Assembly: GCA_037442745.1 (NCBI GenBank)
Contig: JBBIPP010000002.1
Coordinates: 110,463-172,798, forward strand
Reading direction: 5' to 3'
Length of the DNA: 62,336 bases
Source: an archaeon
GTDB taxonomy: Archaea > SpSt-1190 > DYHY01
Position numbers and translations under genes: made by a program. Position 1 is the stretch's first letter, and each line of letters opens with the position of its first letter. Positions 46,288 to 56,177 of the stretch are shown one piece after another. The notes beneath the pieces are model-generated. The model did not search any database, had not been told where the DNA came from, and was given only the letters and a program-made list of their open reading frames with translations.

Positions 46288-48843
46288 ATGGGCAGGGGAA
46301 ATGGCAGTTTCGCAGTTTTATCGGAAAAGCCGGATATGCAGATAGGGATTGTGGGTCCGACCGGAGTTGGCTCGGTATACTATGCCCCCGGGACTTTTGA
46401 CCGCATTGCCAGCTATTTCGGAGAGGTGGCTCCCGATGCCGACGCAATTGTAATGTCCGGTCTCGTTGCGCAAGTTCCAAGCGAACATACCAAAAGGCTA
46501 ACTGCCAGAGCACTTGAACCAAATGTCGACGTTGTTGATGACATTTCCGCCGACTTTGGCGCGGAATTAGGGGGCTTTTCACAATATCTTGGAGTTCCAA
46601 AGAACGGGGAAGATGAGCCTGCAAGAAAGCCGAAAAAATCAGACGTTATTCCGGTCTATTACGCGCTTGACCCGAACGATTTTCGGAACATTTACGAAAT
46701 TGCCAACTGCAAATTCAACCAGTTAAAGCAGATCCAGAACACCGAAAAGGAGAAACGCCACCGCCTTGAAAAGGGAAGGGAAGCCTGCCTTGCAATAAGC
46801 ATGGCTCTCCAGATGCAAACTGAGGTTGCAGAAGAGCTAAAGGCGCTCCTAGCGTCAGACGCCGAAAAATATGCTCAGGAATTGGCTGAAATAGAGTCGA
46901 GAGCGAGGCGTGCTGGAAGGGCACTCGAAAATTACCGCGAAAGGATAGAGAACATAACGATGGCAATTGCCGAGATAAAAAAGAAGCTCAAGAATTCCCC
47001 TGCCGGAAAGGCGGAGGAATTGGAGGAGAAGATTGAAGGAGCCCTCAAGAAAATAAAGAAATCAAAGACCGAAATCGCAAAACAACAGGCTCGCCTCGAG
47101 AAATTGAAGGGAACTGATGCGGAAGGTTTGGTGGAAGCCCTCACAACATATGACAACATTTCCGCGACAATTGCCGCAATAACAACTGAAGAGGCGAGAG
47201 CGGTAAAGGAACTCAGTTCAGCTGACAAGAAGCTGGAAGAACTGACTGACAGCATGACTGGCTTCAAGCAGGCAATAGAATATTTCACAAAGAGAGCGCG
47301 GGCGCTCCCGTCAGTCCAGCAGGATGTTGACGACGAATCGGTCATACATTATAAAAAGCTTCTCGAGGACCTCCTCGAGATAAAGATAAAGCTGGTCACG
47401 TCTTCTGAGACTGTAAAAATAGGGAAAAAGAACGTCAATATTGCCGGAAGGCGGGCTAGCGCACTATCAAGCCAGAGCGCGACTGCAGGCGACCTTGCCG
47501 CAAGCGTCAATTATGCAAGGGTCAAGCTCCAGGAAGGAACGCCCCAGGCGGACTTTTACATTACTGTTGCTCCCGGAACAAGCAACCTTGCGATTACAAC
47601 CGACATGAACACTGCCGAACGAGAGCCAATCTACCACTTCAAGGCGCCCAAGGCAATGAAAAAGGACGGCATTAAGGCGGCCGCAAAGAAGCTTGTCAGG
47701 TCGCTTGAAACCGATGCGGCATCTGGGAGATATCCTTATACTGACGGAGTAAGCGTTCTTGAGGGATACCGCGATGGAAGCGTTGTAGTGAGATACGCTT
47801 CCCTTGAAAGCATTGAAGGGAAAAAGGAAAAGTTCGGAAAAGCGGTAAGGGTCCTGAACCTGACAGATACCCACCTTAACTCATCGACGCCTATTGGAAT
47901 TGACACTCCCGAGACACTCCTTGACGCTGTCGAGAAATTCACACTAAAATACTGCAAAGACGCAAGGAATGCGGGAGACGTTGTTGTGATAAATGTCGGA
48001 GGGGACCTTGCTCAGTGGGGGCACTACCCGACCGCGCCAACCGAAGGGTGGAGGGCAACCGAGGCCGAGAAGAAGAAGCTCGATCGGGCATACCGTGACA
48101 GTGCAGTGACAAAGGAGGATGTCCTCAACTCGATTGCTAAACTGGACGGAGCCCTTGGTGAGAAAAACATGACTGTTCAGGAAGCGAACATCCAAGCGCG
48201 CTTCGGCCGGCTGATGAACGCAGTCCTAAGGAACCCGAACGTCACGGTTTTCATTGCCGGAGGGAACCACAGCCTCCACAAAGACCCTGACAGGACTGAA
48301 GCCCAGTTCCTATACGAGGGTATTGATGAAAAGCTACGCTACAGGGCTTTCCACGAGGAACAAATCGGAGCGCCATCGGAAGTTGTCGGAGCTCTAGGTC
48401 TCATAAAACCAGACGAGCCCGAAATTTTCAGGCGGGGCACTGACGGGGCATACGTCCTGAGAGTGAACGAAGGAGGGGCGTCTAGGGACATACCTTTCTG
48501 GTCAAGCCACTACAACAGTCCAAGTCCCACCGCAGTCGAGTCTTCAATTGCTAGGGCAGTGAATGAAAATAGAGCCGTCCTATTCACCGCAAGGGGGGAT
48601 ATGCATGTCGGGGGAGCGGCAGTTGCCGGAAAAGCCCTTCACTTGGCGGGCCTTGCGCTTCAGCCAAGGAACGACTATACTGACACAAAGTCACTAGGGG
48701 AATCAATGCGCGGAATACAGGCGGCGACAATCTACGGGGAGGGGTGCTATGACATTGCGTTCGTTCCGGAAAAGGCCCTCCTTGGCTCTGTGAAAAGCTA
48801 TGCGCAAAGGGAAGTGCATTCAATAGCAAGGCTGAACGCCTAG
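46288..48843 (+). CDS. Large (851 aa) protein with no family recognisable from sequence. It has an N-terminal domain, a ~300-aa coiled-coil and a C-terminal calcineurin-like metallophosphoesterase-like domain.
   Basis: The coiled-coil region is rich in E/K/A heptads (aa ~170-470). C-terminal motifs appear in phosphoesterase order: LNLTDTHL (DxH), VINVGGDLAQWGH (GD), FIAGGNHSLHKD (GNH), GDMHVGG. Confidence 0.5.
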   Translation: MGRGNGSFAVLSEKPDMQIGIVGPTGVGSVYYAPGTFDRIASYFGEVAPDADAIVMSGLVAQVPSEHTKRLTARALEPNVDVVDDISADFGAELGGFSQYLGVPKNGEDEPARKPKKSDVIPVYYALDPNDFRNIYEIANCKFNQLKQIQNTEKEKRHRLEKGREACLAISMALQMQTEVAEELKALLASDAEKYAQELAEIESRARRAGRALENYRERIENITMAIAEIKKKLKNSPAGKAEELEEKIEGALKKIKKSKTEIAKQQARLEKLKGTDAEGLVEALTTYDNISATIAAITTEEARAVKELSSADKKLEELTDSMTGFKQAIEYFTKRARALPSVQQDVDDESVIHYKKLLEDLLEIKIKLVTSSETVKIGKKNVNIAGRRASALSSQSATAGDLAASVNYARVKLQEGTPQADFYITVAPGTSNLAITTDMNTAEREPIYHFKAPKAMKKDGIKAAAKKLVRSLETDAASGRYPYTDGVSVLEGYRDGSVVVRYASLESIEGKKEKFGKAVRVLNLTDTHLNSSTPIGIDTPETLLDAVEKFTLKYCKDARNAGDVVVINVGGDLAQWGHYPTAPTEGWRATEAEKKKLDRAYRDSAVTKEDVLNSIAKLDGALGEKNMTVQEANIQARFGRLMNAVLRNPNVTVFIAGGNHSLHKDPDRTEAQFLYEGIDEKLRYRAFHEEQIGAPSEVVGALGLIKPDEPEIFRRGTDGAYVLRVNEGGASRDIPFWSSHYNSPSPTAVESSIARAVNENRAVLFTARGDMHVGGAAVAGKALHLAGLALQPRNDYTDTKSLGESMRGIQAATIYGEGCYDIAFVPEKALLGSVKSYAQREVHSIARLNA

Positions 48844-48878
48844 GGCAGTTAAATGGAGGGTTTCTCCCACTCTCACTT

Positions 48879-49901
48879 TCAATTACTGCCCGAAAATTTC
48901 CTTCCTATTGGTGCCGTTTCCATGTCAACCTCTTCAGAGGTGGGTGTTGTCGAGACAATTGAGACTCTGTATTTCCCGGAGAGCTTCTTTGCGAGGGATT
49001 TTGGGAACTCGACCCTTTTTTTCTTTTTGTTATGGAACTGGAGATCTTTTGGAATTTCAGGAACAGCTTTTCTTCCTTCAATAACCGCCTTCACAAGGAG
49101 GCCGTCCGAATCAATTTCCTCGAAACTTTTCCTGATTCTCCCGGCAGTCCGAAGGAACCTCTTCCTTATCTGGACTGCGTCCTTTGTCCTGCTAGAGCAG
49201 TAGTGGACAGGCATTCCGGGAGTGTTTTCCTTCGCCCAGGAAACTATTTTCAACGCGAATTCCTCGCTTCCCCTGACAGCATAACTTTCCCTGTTTTTTA
49301 TCTTGAATCCACTTTTCCTGAATGCCTCAAAGTTCTGCTCGCTCCAATCGAGCTCGTTCAAGTTGCAGAACCCGGCATTGTTTTTATGGAGGAATTCCAA
49401 ATAATCAGTTGTCGCCTTCCAGTTCCCCGGAATTGCAGGAATTTCCCCTCCAACAACCCAGGGCAATTTCAGAGCATCAAGAATCTCATTTTTGTTGAAA
49501 TGAAACCTTATTTCGTCAACTCCCGCGCGAAAGAGCTTTTTGAACTTGTCGGGCGTTCCCAGTTCCCCTGTTGTATAGAGGTGGATATGGAAAGATTTTC
49601 CGAACCTCCTTTTCAGGGCGCGGACATATTCGATTGTCCGCGAGAGCCGGTAGAGCGGGTCCCCCCCAGTCACTCCAGCCCCCTTTGCTCCCATTCTCTC
49701 CGCCTCGAAAAGAAGATCTTTTGTCCCAATTATCCGCCTCTCGTTCGCAAACGGAGAATCAACCATTTTCCTTCTCTGAGAAATCGGGCAATAGAAGCAC
49801 TTCATTTTGCAGATTCCCGTAGCGAATACGACAATTTTCTCGCCCTTTAGGCACTGGACGCAGCCTTTCGGAAGGGGGCCTGTTGTCGCATCCTTGTACA
49901 T
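48879..49901 (-). CDS. Radical SAM enzyme (PflA/AmmeMemo-like activase family)
   Basis: GICKMKCFYCPIS carries the CxxxCxxC cluster motif. The size of ~340 aa is typical. Confidence 0.7.
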   Translation of the reverse strand: MYKDATTGPLPKGCVQCLKGEKIVVFATGICKMKCFYCPISQRRKMVDSPFANERRIIGTKDLLFEAERMGAKGAGVTGGDPLYRLSRTIEYVRALKRRFGKSFHIHLYTTGELGTPDKFKKLFRAGVDEIRFHFNKNEILDALKLPWVVGGEIPAIPGNWKATTDYLEFLHKNNAGFCNLNELDWSEQNFEAFRKSGFKIKNRESYAVRGSEEFALKIVSWAKENTPGMPVHYCSSRTKDAVQIRKRFLRTAGRIRKSFEEIDSDGLLVKAVIEGRKAVPEIPKDLQFHNKKKKRVEFPKSLAKKLSGKYRVSIVSTTPTSEEVDMETAPIGRKFSGSN

Positions 49902-49942
49902 CTGGGATGGGGACTCTGGGAACGCCGTTTAAAAGCAATTCT

Positions 49943-51076
49943 CTAGCTGTAAAAATTCTTCCTGTGCTCGAGCATTGCAAGGACCGCATGCCGGTTATTG
50001 TCAACCCTTTTTATCTGGGTTTCGAACGAATTCCCGAAGCCTCCAAGAACATTTTCCGCAAGTCCATTTTCAATTCTTTCGGGTTCAAAATATTGGAGGG
50101 ATTTTAAAAATTCAATTGACGAGAACAGGACTTTTTTGTATCGGGCAACTCTGGCCGAGTCTCCCATTTCCTTTGCAAGGAAATATGCGTCTTCCATCCA
50201 TTCAATATAGACTGCGGTAGAAATTCCACCTGGAACCGAGAACGCGCCAGTTGTTAGGTTTTCCTTGATTTCCGAAAGATAGTAACCCATTTCAAAGACA
50301 ACTTCTTAATAGTCTTTCCGCGGTTCAACGCGGTAAAGGAGAGCGTATGCCTGGATACGCCTGTGTGTAAATGCAATTGATTTGTTTACCTCCAATAGTC
50401 CCTGTAATAAAGTCCCTTCCTGACTGAGTCAAGACATCTGGGATCGCCAGTTTCCTGATGGAGGGAAACAAGGGAAAGAAGGGATTCGCCCGGATAATAA
50501 TTGCTCCCTTTTCTATTCCGTTCTCCTCGAAAAGTGTCCTGAACGCTCAATCCTCCCTCTGCCTTTCAAGGAGGCCGTCTCCCACCAGAATTAAGGTGAT
50601 GTTTCTTTCAGGGAAATCATCAGCTTCGACGATGGAAAGAATAATGAAAGCGGAATGCGCAATCTTCCCGTCTGGAACCGGAACATAGGAGATATTTCTC
50701 GACGGAAGGTAGATTATGCCTTTCCTGAAAAAAGAAAAGCCTTTTTGAAAAAGCCCATTCAGGCGCAAATCCCCAGTTTCCCCATACGACTTGGATATTG
50801 CCCAGATGGTTGCAAGCTTCCTGACTTTATTGTCCTCGTGAGAACAACACCCCGCTCAGGATGGTAAGAGTAATGGATGAAATCCGAGTTTTCATTCCTC
50901 AGGAACCATTCAATTCCTTCGGAAATTGACCCGTTAAGAGTTATCTCCTATTTAGCTTCCAAACAGGCGGAGCACAAGCGTCCTTTTTCGGAATTCGCCT
51001 GATTGAAAAAGAGAGGCAAATCAAGGACTGCCAAGGCTGCCGCAAGAATAATCAGTAATCCAGAGAACTTTTCTTT
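49943..51076 (-). pseudogene. Probable frameshifted remnant of a secreted protein gene
   Basis: A signal-peptide mini-ORF (MKEKFSGLLIILAAALAVLDL..., 50945-51076) and downstream coding-like fragments in changing frames are present, including ORF 49943..50290. No ORF >73 aa lies between 50291 and 50944. Confidence 0.3.
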
Positions 51077-51272
51077 CATTTTATTACCTTGTATGCGCAG
51101 ACTTCCTAGCATATTTCGGCGGAGACATCAAGCAGTTCCTCTTTGAATGGGAATAGCCGGAAAAATACACACCAATTTTTCTTTTCGCTCAATTGCCGTC
51201 AAAGTCGGCTGAAAGAAGCCTCTCGTGCCTGCCCGCGGGAATCTCAATCGAGGTAGCATACCCGATATAGGG

Positions 51273-51590
51273 CTAACCCTTGTCAGTATTCGCCTTAATC
51301 AAATGGCTCGCTTCAGCCGGCCAGTGCCTTCCAACAACAAGGGTATTTTTTTCAAGAAGCTCTTTCGGGAAATGGCCCTCGTATTTCCAGCCTTCGAGCG
51401 CATTCTCAGGCAGAGCTATTGATATTCCTGTGACCTCTCCTACAACTCCAACGGATTTTTTCTTTCCAATTGCCCGGATAGTTATTTCCCCATTGGAAAC
51501 TTCTATTCCTCCCGTGATGAGGTTATTGTATTCCGAAATCCCATCCTTTTCGGGAAAATTAATTCTATGGCGAGCATGGTCTGAAACCAA
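51273..51590 (-). CDS. Hypothetical protein (105 aa)
   Basis: ORF only. Confidence 0.35.
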   Translation of the reverse strand: MVSDHARHRINFPEKDGISEYNNLITGGIEVSNGEITIRAIGKKKSVGVVGEVTGISIALPENALEGWKYEGHFPKELLEKNTLVVGRHWPAEASHLIKANTDKG

Positions 51591-51682
51591 TCAAATCGCG
51601 CTCGTTGACTCGAGCCCTTCAAGATATTAATATGTCTTTTCAATTTATTTTCCAATATCTTCTTATCTTGGAATTAAGAAAA

Positions 51683-52018
51683 CTACCTCCCGAGCCTTAT
51701 TATTATTGAGGAAACGTTGAACCTTTCCTTCCGCTCGTTCTCGACAGTCTCAGTCCCAATTTCTATTGAATTGACCTTGATGTCCGAGAGGAAGCGGTTC
51801 CTGACAATCTCGGCGACATCGACTGCAACCGAGATTGCCCGCCCCCTAGCTTTGAGAACAACCTCAGAGCTTCCGTTGTGGAACTGGGTAATTGCTGCCA
51901 TTACATAGTTCATTGGCGGGCGGTTCCCAATGAAAATAGTGCTGTCCGTTCCTTGATGTGTTTGTTGGTGCCCCTGTGGGTGCCTCTGTTGGTTGGTCTG
52001 TCTGTCTCCGTCTGACAT
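51683..52018 (-). CDS. alba: Alba (Sso10b-like) DNA/RNA-binding chromatin protein with a Q/H-rich N-terminal extension
   Basis: TIFIGNRPPMNYVMAAITQFHNGSSEVVLKARGRAISVAVDVAEIVRNRF matches the Alba core. It is preceded by MSDGDRQTNQQRHPQGHQQTHQG. Confidence 0.75.
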   Translation of the reverse strand: MSDGDRQTNQQRHPQGHQQTHQGTDSTIFIGNRPPMNYVMAAITQFHNGSSEVVLKARGRAISVAVDVAEIVRNRFLSDIKVNSIEIGTETVENERKERFNVSSIIIRLGR

Positions 52019-52043
52019 TTAGGGACTACGCAACCCCCATTTT

Positions 52044-52847
52044 TTAAAGCTTTTTTGTGTCGAGGCTGGAAAAGGAGGAAAAGACGCAGTCGGCCCTGCC
52101 GGAGAGTTCGGAACGAGAGTGGCTTGTTGTTATTGCGAAAACGCGCATTCCGGCCAATTTTCCAGCCTCAATTCCGGAGAGGGAATCCTCAAAAACCACG
52201 CAATTTTCAGGGAGGACCCCCATTTCTCTTGCGCATTTCAGGAAAATGTCCGGGAATGGCTTTTTTCTCTGGACGCTTTTTGCAGTGAGAATTGACAAGA
52301 ATCTTCCCAAAAACCCCCTGCCATAGAGCTTCTCAAGAATCGAGAGCTTGTATTCCCTTGCGGAACTTGCAATTCCCAGGGCAAAGCCCTTCCGCTCAAG
52401 AGCGGAGATTATCCGAAGAATTCCCGCGGGCTTTTTCAACTTCCCGGAGAGCTCAATGAAAAATTCCGTTTTTTTCGCGAAAATTTCCTCAAGTTCCCCC
52501 CTGCCAGAAATCCCCGGATAAAAGAATTTGGCAGTCTCTTCAAAACCCCTGCCATTGAGCCTTGAGAAGAATTCCTTTTTCGAGATTTTCCCGATTTTCG
52601 GTTCATTAAAGCCGGTTTTCATCAGGGCTTTCCAGGAAAGGTAGTCAATTTCCTCGCTGTTCTCAATAAGGACCCCATCAATGTCGAATATTGCGCCCCT
52701 TTTCAAAATACCCCAAGCCTCCTGCCGAGAAGGAAGACCAGATGGCGCAGGCCGTCCCTGACTGGGTTCAGTTTCGCCCGGCCCTTCCTCTTCGAGTAGA
52801 CAATAGGAACTTCTATTCGCGTGAGTCCGAGGCGCCTGCCTTCGCAA
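52044..52847 (-). CDS. HAD-superfamily hydrolase (beta-phosphoglucomutase/phosphatase-like). The true start is probably the TTG at 52706.
   Basis: AIFDIDGVLIEN is HAD motif I. That motif sits at residue ~54 of the full ORF but at residue ~5 if translation starts at the TTG, which overlaps the upstream GT2 stop (TTGA). Confidence 0.6.
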   Translation of the reverse strand: MRRQAPRTHANRSSYCLLEEEGPGETEPSQGRPAPSGLPSRQEAWGILKRGAIFDIDGVLIENSEEIDYLSWKALMKTGFNEPKIGKISKKEFFSRLNGRGFEETAKFFYPGISGRGELEEIFAKKTEFFIELSGKLKKPAGILRIISALERKGFALGIASSAREYKLSILEKLYGRGFLGRFLSILTAKSVQRKKPFPDIFLKCAREMGVLPENCVVFEDSLSGIEAGKLAGMRVFAITTSHSRSELSGRADCVFSSFSSLDTKKL

Positions 52848-53377
52848 TTCAGTTCGCTTGCGAATTCCATTCCCCCGGAGGAGAGGCGCATTCTTTCCAA
52901 ATCGGATTTCCGGTAAATCCTAAAGCCCGACTGGGAATCCGAGAGGGTGTCTGAAAACAGGAAATTGGTGAGTGCGGTTAGGATGAAATTCCCAAAGCGG
53001 TTGGCTGGGCCCATTGCGCCCGGGAGTATTTTCCCGGAGAACCTTGATGCAAGAAGGAAATTTTTCCCGGATTTTCTCAGTTCCCAGAAAAAGGGGCCGA
53101 TTTTCCCCGCCGGATATGTTCCGTCACCGTCAATTAATGCAACATATTCCCCGCGGGAGATTGAAATCCCCCGTTTGTAAGCGTTACCGTATCCCCTTCT
53201 ACTCTCGACAACAACTCTTGCCCCTGCCCTTCTAGAAACTTCCCGCGTACTGTCCGAGGACTTTCCATCAACAACAATTATTTCGCTTTGCGTTCCCCCA
53301 AGGGATTTCTTCGCAAGGAGTATGACTTTTCCAATAGACCCCTCCTCGTCAATGGCAGGGATTATTACCGAAAGCAT
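52703..53377 (-). CDS. Glycosyltransferase family 2
   Basis: MLSVIIPAIDEEGSIGKV...EIIVVDGKSSDSTRE...VALIDGDGTYPA. Confidence 0.75.
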   Translation of the reverse strand: MLSVIIPAIDEEGSIGKVILLAKKSLGGTQSEIIVVDGKSSDSTREVSRRAGARVVVESRRGYGNAYKRGISISRGEYVALIDGDGTYPAGKIGPFFWELRKSGKNFLLASRFSGKILPGAMGPANRFGNFILTALTNFLFSDTLSDSQSGFRIYRKSDLERMRLSSGGMEFASELNCEGRRLGLTRIEVPIVYSKRKGRAKLNPVRDGLRHLVFLLGRRLGVF

Positions 53378-53438
53378 TTTTCAGGGAGAGTTTTTCACGA
53401 ACATATTAAATAACTGCCATTTTCCGCTGGGCAAAGGC

Positions 53439-54323
53439 ATGAGAACAATCTTCGGCGTGTTCGCCCTAAACGAGAGAAGAGCTCTTGGAAGGATGGAAAA
53501 ATCCGTACCGAGAAACGCGGTATTCGTTGTTGACTGCGACGACGGCTCCAAGGAATTCCTACTGTCGAAAGGAAGAAAGGTTCTCTATTCAGATTCTCGG
53601 AGGGGAAAGGCCGGAGCAGTTTCTGACTTCCTCAACTATTGCCGGAGGGAACGGGCCGAATTCGCGGTTCTTGTCCAGGCGGACACAATGCCGAACGCAA
53701 AATTCTTCTCAGAGATCCAAAAGCCCCTTGAGGAAAACGCCCGCGCGGGAATTGTTGTCGCAAGAGTCGATCCGGTCGGCCCGGACTCGTTCTGCGGATT
53801 CTTCGGGAAGCTCAATTGGGAAATGCACAACAGGTTCTGCGAGAGGGGGCGCCCGAAAGCTGGGGAAATATGCCTGAGAGTGTCTGCCGTAACTAACCTC
53901 CCGCGCGAGATAATAAACGAGGATGCCTTCCTCCAAACAGAGTCGGAAATGCGGGGATATGAGACAACATATTTCCCCAAGGCTGTTGTGAGAATCGGCA
54001 CTCCTGAGAACCTCCCGGAACTAGTTTCCCAGAGAAGGAGGATTGCGTCTGGGCATTTTCAGCTCGCAAGAATTGGGAGGAAAGTTCCGACAGCGGACCT
54101 CTTTGAGAGGATTTCGGTTTTCCTTGAGACTGCTCCAGAAATATCCAATTCCCAGAGGGAAGTTTTCTATTCGGCAGTCGCCCCATTTGTCGAGCTTTTA
54201 GCGACAATACTGGGGGTTTTCGATTCAGCATTCGGGCTGGCAAGCCCGGCATGGGAACCCCTGGAATCAACAAAGAAAGACTTGAAATCTTGTCCAAAGT
54301 ACAATAAGTTTAAAAAGAATTGA
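53439..54323 (+). CDS. Putative GT-A-fold glycosyltransferase
   Basis: VFVVDCDDGS (DxD-like) is present. The start is chosen at ATG 53439, which has ATATTAAATAA (53402-53412) about 30 bp upstream. The track's upstream start at 53322 overlaps the minus-strand GT2. Confidence 0.4.
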   Translation: MRTIFGVFALNERRALGRMEKSVPRNAVFVVDCDDGSKEFLLSKGRKVLYSDSRRGKAGAVSDFLNYCRRERAEFAVLVQADTMPNAKFFSEIQKPLEENARAGIVVARVDPVGPDSFCGFFGKLNWEMHNRFCERGRPKAGEICLRVSAVTNLPREIINEDAFLQTESEMRGYETTYFPKAVVRIGTPENLPELVSQRRRIASGHFQLARIGRKVPTADLFERISVFLETAPEISNSQREVFYSAVAPFVELLATILGVFDSAFGLASPAWEPLESTKKDLKSCPKYNKFKKN

Positions 54324-54420
54324 CCACCACATAAAAGTAAAAAGGTGCACTTGAGAAGAGGCCCTTTTTGGGTATATAATATAAGTTGTTAAATATTAGA
54401 AAAGGAAAAGGAGGGAAAGA

Positions 54421-55020
54421 ATGGGCGTTATTGTATACAAGGCCAATATCGGGACCTCAATAACCGGTCCTGATGGCAAGCAACGCCTTCTCCTCGCATT
54501 CGCCCGGTTAATGTCAATATTCTATTCCGGGTCAATAAAGTCAATTAACATGGAAGCAGTTGCCCCGATTGAGGTTGTCTATAAAATTCCAAACCGGGCG
54601 CAAATTGCCCTGAAAACGAAGGATTTCACTGAAGCGCTGATAAAGGATCTTGTCCAGGCGGAGACATTCGAAATTTCCGTTTTCGTAAGCGTTGTCCAGA
54701 TGAAAATAACGCACAACAAAAAAGTGCACAACGACAATGCTGTGAACATTGAATACAGGGCTGAATACACCGAATACATGTCAAAGGCGGCTCTCGGAAT
54801 TGTCCTCCACAAGAACATTGTTGCAACAACTGTTTTTTATGAGCGTGCGCACAACAGGATTGAGCGAGTCTATGACCTCTCAATGACGCTTCTACGGAAA
54901 TTCCTCGGGGACACTCTGATTTCCGGGCTCCAGAGGATAAACGTTGAGAAATTCAACAGGGATTTCATTTACTTCAACCTGTTCGGGTTCGCATTCGTGA
55001 TAAAGAGGAGGTTCCTTTAG
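54421..55020 (+). CDS. Hypothetical protein (199 aa)
   Basis: ORF with an RBS-like GGAGGGAAAG upstream. No motifs. Confidence 0.4.
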   Translation: MGVIVYKANIGTSITGPDGKQRLLLAFARLMSIFYSGSIKSINMEAVAPIEVVYKIPNRAQIALKTKDFTEALIKDLVQAETFEISVFVSVVQMKITHNKKVHNDNAVNIEYRAEYTEYMSKAALGIVLHKNIVATTVFYERAHNRIERVYDLSMTLLRKFLGDTLISGLQRINVEKFNRDFIYFNLFGFAFVIKRRFL

Positions 55021-55075
55021 GGAAAAGGGGCCCGCAATTAAAAAGGGAGAATAATCAAAAGAGGAAGAAAAGGAA

Positions 55076-56101
55076 ATGTCGAAATACAAGACAATCAAGG
55101 AATATGTGACTGAAAAGATTGAGCTGACAATTCTTGCGCTAGTAATGGTCGCAATATCCGCGTATTTCTTCCCCGAAATAAGGATTTCTGCATATGTCGC
55201 CCTTGCGCTAGTTCTCCTCTATTTCATTTTCCAGCTCCTCTTCAACGCTGGGTTCATTCTCGAGGTGACTGAATACAACCGGGCAATAGTTTTCCGGATG
55301 GGTCATTTCCACAGGGTTGCCGGGCCCGGCTGGGTAATACTGATACCTTTCCTCGAGAACACTGTTGTAATTGACCTTCGCGTCCAATCGTTCGACCTCC
55401 CGCCACAGGAAGTAATAACAACCGACGAAATAAGGACTGCAATTGACACAATTGTCTACTACCAGATACTCGACCCGAAGAAGGCAGTCCTCAAGGTGAA
55501 GGAGTTCGAAAAGACAGCGTCAGGATTCGTTTACGGCGCGCTCCGAGACATTGCATCCGATCTCACATTAAACGAGCTATTCGGCGAACTTGAAAAGGTG
55601 AACGACCTGGTCAAGGTGAAAATGGAGCCACTTGTGTCCGAATGGGGAATAACAATAATCGATGTCCAGATAACGAACGTCACAATCCCAGAAAACATCC
55701 AGTACGCAATGCATGCGAGGAGGCGGGCGAAAGAGGAATGGGCGGCAGCGCAGTACCAGGCGCGCGCTCAAAAGACAATGATAGAATCGTTGGGGGACGC
55801 ATCCAAGAAGCTTGACCAGAATGCGCTCAACTACCTATACATCAAGGAAGGTCTTCCAAGAATTGCGGAAGGCAAGTCGACAAAGCTCTTCTTCCCGACG
55901 CAATTCACTGACCTGGCAAAGGCGTTCTCAAACACCCAGAACCCGAATCCGTCAGCCCTCGGGGCTGCAGCGGCAGCGCTCTATCCTGTCGGTCTTCGGG
56001 CTGTCGGGGGTGGAATGAGTGCGGAAGGGGCGGGAGAGCCGGATGTTACAGCTGATTCAGGCGAGGAAGCCACTGCAAGCGCGCCAGAAGAAGGAAAATA
56101 A
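55076..56101 (+). CDS. SPFH/band-7 (stomatin/prohibitin-like) membrane protein
   Basis: Two N-terminal TM helices are followed by YNRAIVFRMGHFHRVAGPGWVILIPFLENTVVIDLRVQSFDLPPQEVITTDEIRTAIDTIVYYQILDP. Confidence 0.8.
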   Translation: MSKYKTIKEYVTEKIELTILALVMVAISAYFFPEIRISAYVALALVLLYFIFQLLFNAGFILEVTEYNRAIVFRMGHFHRVAGPGWVILIPFLENTVVIDLRVQSFDLPPQEVITTDEIRTAIDTIVYYQILDPKKAVLKVKEFEKTASGFVYGALRDIASDLTLNELFGELEKVNDLVKVKMEPLVSEWGITIIDVQITNVTIPENIQYAMHARRRAKEEWAAAQYQARAQKTMIESLGDASKKLDQNALNYLYIKEGLPRIAEGKSTKLFFPTQFTDLAKAFSNTQNPNPSALGAAAAALYPVGLRAVGGGMSAEGAGEPDVTADSGEEATASAPEEGK

Positions 56102-56177
56102 ACTTAAATCACCTGTTCTTTCCCATTTCGGAAAAAGAGCCACATTAATATAGTAGCTTATTCTCAAAACTTTTGGG

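Noticed and set aside
50290-51270. RNase P RNA or SRP RNA in the ORF-poor stretch
   Set aside because: No P4-type (AGGAAAGTCC...) or SRP helix-8-type conserved motifs were seen by eye. The coding-like fragments and signal-peptide mini-ORF fit a pseudogene better.
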